This document shows positions 58,388-64,000 of a stretch of DNA of 64,000 bases, one piece after another. The translations under genes were made by a program, and so were the position numbers. The stretch lies in assembly GCA_963422615.1 (NCBI GenBank), contig OY730414.1, positions 1,534,302 to 1,598,301 on the forward strand. Reading direction: 5' to 3'. The notes below the pieces were generated by a model. It saw nothing but the letters and a program-made list of their open reading frames with translations. It had not been told where the DNA came from and ran no database searches. Every line of letters starts with the position of its first letter. Position 1 is the first letter of the stretch. Source of the DNA: Longimicrobiales bacterium. Its GTDB lineage: Bacteria; Gemmatimonadota; Gemmatimonadetes; Longimicrobiales; Gaopeijiaceae.

Positions 58388-59515
58388 TCACCAGCCTTCC
58401 AGGAATCCACCGTCGAACCAATCCAGGAGGACGTAGGCCACAAACCGCACCGGACGTTCTCCGGCACCGGCGGCGGGGACGAGTACGCCCGCGTTCGCAA
58501 GTACATGCTGCCGGGTGTTCAGGGCGACTTGGAGCTGGGGTACGATGTCGGCCTGGGTCCCGCGTTCGCCTTCCAGATCCCCCTTGGCGACGACTTCGAC
58601 CATGGGGGTCCAAGAACGACCCCAAGGCCCTTGGGAGAAGCTTCGACCGACGGCCAGACGGCCGAAAAGATGGTTCTCTCCCTCTTCATACAGGGGGGCT
58701 TCGACGCCTGCCTGGACCTGAAGGAATGCATCTCCGGCCAGGATCTTCCCCGCGGAAGAGAACACCTCCACGGTGGCTCCAGGGTCGCCCAGCCCCTTCG
58801 ACTCGTCTCCCGAAGGCAGGATCAGCTCACCTCCAAAAGAAAGGATCAATCCCGATTCCAGGCTGTGGAAGACCGCGTGCTTGATCCCCAAGGTCACATC
58901 ACCCAGCCCCGTGCCCCCGGGATCCATCGGGGTGCCCACGCGTCGTCGGTAGGGGACGACGACTTCCCACTGACTCCTTGGGCCGAAGCGCTTCTCGTAG
59001 ACGAAGGCACCCCCGAGGTCGCTTTCGCCCTCCAGCCGTACGTCGGCTTCCACGACCCATTCATCTTCCGGATATGCTTTTTCGGTGAATAGCGGGCGGG
59101 GCAGGTTCAGCTCCCCCCTGGGCCACGCCGTATCGGTGCAGAGGGTCCGAATGTACCCCATGACGCGCTCAAGCTGCTCGACCGTCAGAGCCCCCCGAAA
59201 GGCGGGCATCATCTCGCTGAATCCCCGGATGGGGCCTCCCTCATGAGCCACGGCGATCCAGTCGGCGTCCGGTTCGCGGGCGGCGAAATCGCAGTCCGTG
59301 AAATCCGGGAGTGCTTCTTCGAAGGCGAGAAGAGCGGGGTCAACGCCCAGCCCGTCCCCGCCGTGGCAGTTGGCGCAGGCGGCCTGGTACAGGGCGTCGC
59401 CAGGGGCGGAAGCCAAGTCCTGGGTGGCCTGTCCCAAAAGATTGGCCGAAGATGCGACGGAAATGCAGAGGATGATTCCCCAGGCAGCGGCAAGGGGATT
59501 GATCCGGCGCTTCAC
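58388..59515 (-). CDS. Monoheme class I cytochrome c fused to a predicted outer-membrane beta-barrel
   Basis: GTG start overlaps the pntB stop; signal peptide; 'G.ALYQAACANCHG.DG...MMPAF'; then amphipathic strands with 'GLGDVTLGIK' and 'LPSGDESKGLG'; ends in W. Confidence 0.8.
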   Translation of the reverse strand: MKRRINPLAAAWGIILCISVASSANLLGQATQDLASAPGDALYQAACANCHGGDGLGVDPALLAFEEALPDFTDCDFAAREPDADWIAVAHEGGPIRGFSEMMPAFRGALTVEQLERVMGYIRTLCTDTAWPRGELNLPRPLFTEKAYPEDEWVVEADVRLEGESDLGGAFVYEKRFGPRSQWEVVVPYRRRVGTPMDPGGTGLGDVTLGIKHAVFHSLESGLILSFGGELILPSGDESKGLGDPGATVEVFSSAGKILAGDAFLQVQAGVEAPLYEEGENHLFGRLAVGRSFSQGPWGRSWTPMVEVVAKGDLEGERGTQADIVPQLQVALNTRQHVLANAGVLVPAAGAGERPVRFVAYVLLDWFDGGFLEGW

Positions 59516-60894
59516 GCTTCTCTCACTTCTCTGACCAAATCCACCATGGACTGCTTGGCGTCGCCGAAGAACATCAGGGTGCGTTCCAGGTAGAACAGGT
59601 CGTTGTCGATACCCGCAAAGCCCGGGCTCAGAGAGCGCTTCATGACGATCACGTTCCGGGCCCGATCCACATCCAGAATGGGCATCCCGGCAATCACCGA
59701 GTCGGGGTCCCGGGCCGCAGGATTCACGACATCGTTGGCGCCGACAATGAGGACCACATCGGTGCCGTCGAATTCGGGGTTGATTTCTTCCAGATCCAGG
59801 AGTTGGTCGTAAGATACATCGGCCTCGGCGAGGAGAACGTTCATGTGGCCAGGCATGCGGCCGGCCACCGGGTGAATGCCGAAGCGAACCTTGACGCCTC
59901 TTTCCTGAAGCAGGTCGCACACCTTCTTGAGCTCGTGTTGGGCCTGGGCGACCGCCAGACCGTAGCCCGGTACCACCACCACCGAACCGGCATAGGCGAG
60001 GACCATCGCCGCCTGCTCCGCGTCCACATCCCGGACCGGGCGTTCTCCTGCCTGAACCCGTGCCTTCGGGCCATCGGAGCCGAATGCCCCGAAGGCCACG
60101 TTGCCCAGGGACCGGTTCATGGCCTTGCACATGATTCGGGTCAGGATCAAACCCGATGCACCCACAAGGGCCCCGGCGATGATCAGGATCATGTTGCCCA
60201 GGACGAATCCCGTAGCCGCCGCCGCCAGCCCGGAGTAGGAGTTGAGCAAGGACACAACCACCGGCATGTCGGCACCCCCGATGGGGATGACCAGGAGGAT
60301 GCCCAGAACCAGGGCCGCGCCGGCGAGCAGGAAGTACATCTCCGGGCTGGCGTCGCCGAGGGCGAAGGCCACGCTTGCCACCAGAATTCCGCCAAAGAAG
60401 ATGGCGTTGAACGATTTCTGAAGTGGGAACGTGACCGGATTTCCGGTGACGACCCCCTGGAGCTTCCCGAAGGCGATCAAGCTCCCCGAGAACGTCACCG
60501 CCCCGATGAGCGTCCCCAGGACGATGGTCGTGCCCATCCCGGCCCCCAGGGTGGTGCCACTCCCGACAAGCCTCAGGAATTCCGCACCGGCCACGGCGGC
60601 GGACGCGCCTCCCCCGAACCCGTTGAAGATGGCCACAAGCTGGGGCATGGCCGTCATCTGGATTGCCCTTGCCAGGAAGGCACCCGCGACGGCGCCCGTT
60701 ACGACGGCCGCCGCCACGGTAGGCCAACTCAGAATCTCGTTCTGGAACACGGTCACCAGGACCGCGATCAGCATGGCGAGCGAAGCCCGCGCGTTCCCGG
60801 AACGGGCGGTGCCGGGGGACGAGAGCTGTTTGATTCCGGAGACGAATAAGAACGCGGAAAGCAGTAGCGCCAGGTGAGCGACGGTTGAGTTCAC
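59512..60894 (-). CDS. pntB: NAD(P) transhydrogenase subunit beta
   Basis: 'MPQLVAIFNGFGG', 'IGGADMPVVVSLLNSYSG', 'PGYGLAVAQAQ', 'HPVAGRMPGHMNVLLAEA', 'GANDVVNPAA'. Confidence 0.97.
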   Translation of the reverse strand: MNSTVAHLALLLSAFLFVSGIKQLSSPGTARSGNARASLAMLIAVLVTVFQNEILSWPTVAAAVVTGAVAGAFLARAIQMTAMPQLVAIFNGFGGGASAAVAGAEFLRLVGSGTTLGAGMGTTIVLGTLIGAVTFSGSLIAFGKLQGVVTGNPVTFPLQKSFNAIFFGGILVASVAFALGDASPEMYFLLAGAALVLGILLVIPIGGADMPVVVSLLNSYSGLAAAATGFVLGNMILIIAGALVGASGLILTRIMCKAMNRSLGNVAFGAFGSDGPKARVQAGERPVRDVDAEQAAMVLAYAGSVVVVPGYGLAVAQAQHELKKVCDLLQERGVKVRFGIHPVAGRMPGHMNVLLAEADVSYDQLLDLEEINPEFDGTDVVLIVGANDVVNPAARDPDSVIAGMPILDVDRARNVIVMKRSLSPGFAGIDNDLFYLERTLMFFGDAKQSMVDLVREVREA

Positions 60895-60901
60895 GGGAGC
60901 C

Positions 60902-61180
60902 TCATCCTTTCCTGAACATTCGAAGCATCCGGTCGGTCACCATGAAGCCCCCCACGACGTTGATCGTCGCCATGACGATGCCTGCAACACCCAGCCAGCG
61001 GACGGCAGGGGTCGTGGCGGCTCCGGTTACGACCAGTGCGCCGATGATGGCGATCCCCGAAATGGCGTTTGCTCCCGACATCAATGGGGTGTGAAGGGTC
61101 GGGGGCACCTTCGAGATCACCTCTCTGCCGGCCAGAGTGGCGAGCACGAAAACGTACAAGCCGATCAGCATTTCACTCAC
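60902..61180 (-). CDS. pntAb: NAD(P) transhydrogenase subunit alpha, membrane part
   Basis: 'VPPTLHTPLMSGANAISG', 'NVVGGF.VTDRML.MF'. Confidence 0.96.
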   Translation of the reverse strand: MSEMLIGLYVFVLATLAGREVISKVPPTLHTPLMSGANAISGIAIIGALVVTGAATTPAVRWLGVAGIVMATINVVGGFMVTDRMLRMFRKG

Positions 61181-61185
61181 TGCTC

Positions 61186-62322
61186 TTACTCCTTGGCAGC
61201 GGCCAGATTCGCTCTGACCCGTTCGTTCTTGATGGCTCCGCCGTGGGAAACACAGGTGGCCGCGGTGATCTCGTCCTGGGGATCGGTTCCGCCTTCGTCG
61301 TCAAAGAGATGGCCGACGAAACTGGCCACGTTGCGGGCGTACATCTGGCTTGCGTGGAAGGGCAGGCGCGCCGGAAGGTCCGTCGGTCCCATGACCGTGA
61401 CCCCTTCGTATACGACGGTTTCTCCCGCCTTGGTGACTTCACAGTTTCCCCCCGACTCCGACGCCAGGTCCATGACCACGCTACCCAGTTGCATGGACTT
61501 CACCATCTCCCGGGTAAGAAGTAGCGGGGCGGGCTTCCCCGGAATCTGGGCCGTGGTAATGACCAGTTCGGTTTCCGGAATGTGGGCGGCGATCAGCTCC
61601 AGCTCCCTCTGGTGCTGCCCTTCCGAGAGGGCCTTCGCGTAGCCGCCCTCGTCCTCGGCCGTCTCCTCCAGGTCCGCCTCGAGGAATTTGGCTCCCAGGC
61701 TCCGGACCTGCTCCTTGACCGCCGGTCGTACGTCAAAGGCGGAAACGACGGCCCCCAGTCGCCGGGCGGTCGCGATGGCTTGAAGACCGGCCACTCCGGC
61801 ACCCAGGACCATGACGCGGGCGGGACGGATGGTGCCGGCGGCCGTGGTCAGCATGGGGAGGAAGCGGGTCATTGCGTCCGCACCTGCCAGTACGGCCTTG
61901 TAGCCTGCCACCGTGGCCTGCGACGAAAGAACATCCATCTTCTGGGCCCTGGTGATCCTGGGGATCAGTTCGACGGCGAAGGCGGTCACGTTCCGGGCTG
62001 CCAGCGCCGCGATCAACTCCGGCGGGCCCAAAGGATTCAGGTGGCTTACCAAGGCCGATCCCGGGGGCAGAGCGGCTACTTCCTCCATTGAAGGAGGCAG
62101 GACCTTCAAGACCACATCGGCGCCCGTCAGGACCGAATCCCGGTCGGGGACCACCGTCGCCCCCGCTTTCTGAAAGTTCCTATCGGAAAAGGATGCCCTG
62201 GTGCCGGCCCCGGCCTGGATGCGGACTTCCCAACCGCGCTTGGAATATTCCCGCACTAAACCGGGCACGAGGGCGACCCGACGCTCTCCCGCCCGGCTTT
62301 CCGTCATGACTGCGATTCTCAT
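61186..62322 (-). CDS. pntAa: NAD(P) transhydrogenase subunit alpha, soluble NAD(H)-binding part
   Basis: 'ERRVALVP', 'PRITRAQKMDVLSSQ', 'GAGVAGLQAIATARRLGA', 'TTAQIPG', 'GGNCE'; GGAGG precedes ATG 62322. Confidence 0.96.
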   Translation of the reverse strand: MRIAVMTESRAGERRVALVPGLVREYSKRGWEVRIQAGAGTRASFSDRNFQKAGATVVPDRDSVLTGADVVLKVLPPSMEEVAALPPGSALVSHLNPLGPPELIAALAARNVTAFAVELIPRITRAQKMDVLSSQATVAGYKAVLAGADAMTRFLPMLTTAAGTIRPARVMVLGAGVAGLQAIATARRLGAVVSAFDVRPAVKEQVRSLGAKFLEADLEETAEDEGGYAKALSEGQHQRELELIAAHIPETELVITTAQIPGKPAPLLLTREMVKSMQLGSVVMDLASESGGNCEVTKAGETVVYEGVTVMGPTDLPARLPFHASQMYARNVASFVGHLFDDEGGTDPQDEITAATCVSHGGAIKNERVRANLAAAKE

Positions 62323-62435
62323 CGGATTGTGTTCCTCCCGGTAATATGCCGGATCAATTTGCAACCTTTGGCGTCGTTTTTCCAGTCGCCGACCCAAGGC
62401 GTCGATCTCCTCAATCGCTCTCATCCGCCCTTATC

Positions 62436-62475
62436 CCCATGGGGCCTGAATGACTTCCCTTGGGGCCTGATCGAC
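62436..62475. repeat. Imperfect 19-bp direct repeat with 21-bp period in the pnt/comM divergent intergenic region
   Basis: CCCATGGGGCCTGAATGAC (62436-62454) and CCCTTGGGGCCTGATCGAC (62457-62475), 16/19 identical. Confidence 0.7.
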
Positions 62476-62541
62476 CATGGGTGTGCCCGTTTCGGGCCTT
62501 TACCCTAAGCACCGTTTTCCTCCAATGCCCGAGTATCCCCA

Positions 62542-64000
62542 ATGCTTGCCGTTGTCCACTCCTACTGGGTCCACGGAGTCGAGGGCCAACCCGTGCAGGT
62601 TGAGGTCAAGGTGCAGACGGGTCTTCCCGTCTTCACGGTGGTCGGCCTCCCCGCAGGTGCGGTTCGGGAGGGAAAGGAGCGGGTATTCGCGGCGCTGGCT
62701 CAGACGGGAATGGCCCTTCCGCCCCGACGCATCACGGTCAACTTGGCGCCGGCTGATCTTCCAAAGTCCGGATCGGGGTTCGATCTTCCGATCGCTGTGG
62801 CCCTCATTACGGCCCTGGGCCACGTCTCTCCCGATGCCTTGAGCGGGAGCGGGTTTGTCGGGGAGCTGGGCCTGGACGGATCGGTGCGGACCGTGCGAGG
62901 TGCAATCGCGCTGGCCATGAGCTGTCGGGCGAATGGGGAGAAGCGTCTCTTCGTCCCCAGCGGGAATGCCCGGGAGGCAGCCGCCGTTCCGGGACTGGAG
63001 GTCGTGGGCGTTCGGGCTTTGGACGAGCTCGTCGAATTCTTGTCCGGCAAGCTTCAACTGAAACCGGAACCGAGGGGCCCCCCGGCCCCACCGGCCCATT
63101 CCCCCCTGGATCTCCACGATGTAAAGGGACAAGGGTTTGCCAAGCGTGCCCTGGTCATCGCAGCGGCGGGAGGGCACAGTCTTCTCATGTCCGGCCCTCC
63201 GGGCTCTGGCAAGACGATGTTGGCCAAACGTTTGCCGGGTCTTCTGCCGCCTTTGGTCGAATCCGAATCCCTCGAAGTGACCCGCGTTCACTCGGTCGCC
63301 GGCCTCCTGGACACCGGGAATCCGGTCAAGACCATCCGCCCGTTTCGGGCACCGCACCACACCATATCGGCAGGAGGACTCATCGGCGGGGGAAATCCGC
63401 CCCGCCCCGGCGAAATCAGCCTGGCTCATTTGGGGGTCCTTTTCCTGGACGAGCTCCCCGAGTTCAGTCGGTGGGTTCTGGAAACCCTCAGGCAGCCCAT
63501 TGAGTCCGGCCTCGTGCGGATTTCCAGGGTCCGCCACACGATGACCTTCCCCTCCCGCTTTCAGGTAATCGCGGCCATGAACCCGTGTCCGTGCGGCCTG
63601 GGTGGAGAGGACTGCATCTGTCACGATCGGGACATTGCCCGCTATCGGGCGCGCCTTTCCGGCCCTTTGCTGGACCGACTTGACCTTCACGTCCGAATGG
63701 GACCGATCACCTGGGAGGAGCTGAGGGGTGGGGCGGTCAAATCCGGCCAGAGCTCGGCAGCGGCCCGAGAGGAGATTGCCGAAGCGAGAAGCCGCCAAGC
63801 GGCCCGCTTCCGGGATGCTCACACGCTGAACGCCTTCATGCCGTCCCGAGACGTGCTCGAGGTGTGCCGGCTGACGCCGGCCGCAGACCGCCTTTTCGAG
63901 CGCGGAATCCAGGAATTCCGCCTCTCGGCCCGCGGGGTTCACCGAACTCTTCGGGTCGCTCGCACCATCGCCGACTTGGCGGGAGAGGATTGCCTGAACG
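62542..64000 (+). CDS. comM: YifB/ComM Mg-chelatase-like AAA+ ATPase (3' truncated by window edge; absent from the ORF track)
   Basis: Read directly: 'MLAVVHS...VGLP..AVREG.ERV', 'ITVNLAPADLPKSGSGFDLPIA', 'GPPGSGKTMLA', 'PFRAPHHT', 'LFLDELPEF', 'AAMNPCPCG'. Confidence 0.95.
   Translation, partial: MLAVVHSYWVHGVEGQPVQVEVKVQTGLPVFTVVGLPAGAVREGKERVFAALAQTGMALPPRRITVNLAPADLPKSGSGFDLPIAVALITALGHVSPDALSGSGFVGELGLDGSVRTVRGAIALAMSCRANGEKRLFVPSGNAREAAAVPGLEVVGVRALDELVEFLSGKLQLKPEPRGPPAPPAHSPLDLHDVKGQGFAKRALVIAAAGGHSLLMSGPPGSGKTMLAKRLPGLLPPLVESESLEVTRVHSVAGLLDTGNPVKTIRPFRAPHHTISAGGLIGGGNPPRPGEISLAHLGVLFLDELPEFSRWVLETLRQPIESGLVRISRVRHTMTFPSRFQVIAAMNPCPCGLGGEDCICHDRDIARYRARLSGPLLDRLDLHVRMGPITWEELRGGAVKSGQSSAAAREEIAEARSRQAARFRDAHTLNAFMPSRDVLEVCRLTPAADRLFERGIQEFRLSARGVHRTLRVARTIADLAGEDCLN

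Noticed and set aside
58388..60727. The 779-aa ORF as a giant cytochrome fusion
   Set aside because: The first ~400 codons are an off-frame read of pntB; the real gene starts at GTG 59515 with a signal peptide.
532..63942. Many long antisense or alternate-frame ORFs (for example 532-2178, 5659-7173, 8283-10241, 51661-53751, 62500-63942)
   Set aside because: They shadow well-supported genes, are Arg/Pro/Gly-rich and lack motifs, as expected from stop-codon scarcity in high-GC DNA.
1..64000. CRISPR arrays, IS elements, prophage or defence systems
   Set aside because: No regularly spaced repeat array, transposase, integrase, phage or recognisable defence gene was found.

Overview
A GC-rich, densely coding chromosomal segment with about 60 CDS. 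No rRNA, tRNA, CRISPR array, transposase or prophage gene was recognised. Gene content and order suggest a Gemmatimonadota-like bacterium (inference only). Most of the window is housekeeping: yicC-gmk-rpoZ-coaBC-udg-dnaB-ispD-tsaC, gap/pgk/tpiA/secG, a 2-oxoacid dehydrogenase E1a/E1b/E2-lipB cluster, rnhA, carA, HU/IHF, moaDEA, mdh, dcd, a complete nuoA-N operon, PMM/PGM, a TolC-MFP-two-permease exporter with bshB1, a very large orphan histidine kinase, an aromatic amino-acid decarboxylase, pntAa/Ab/B and comM. The points most worth following up are: (1) a monoheme cytochrome c fused to a predicted outer-membrane barrel plus a pentaheme cytochrome, tightly coupled behind the transhydrogenase genes (a candidate porin-cytochrome conduit); (2) an ECF sigma factor with an anti-sigma-like TonB-C protein inserted between gap and pgk, whose likely promoter motif (G[G/A]AACC-N13-CGTCGT) recurs upstream of the TolC exporter; (3) an open but catalytically eroded E1-alpha next to an intact E1-beta that appears to start at CTG; (4) a Rex-type operator upstream of nuoA; (5) a YwlE-like phosphatase-shikimate dehydrogenase fusion; (6) an RNase HI lacking the canonical catalytic Glu but carrying a new Glu beside the first Asp. 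All calls come from motif reading by eye; no database searches were run.
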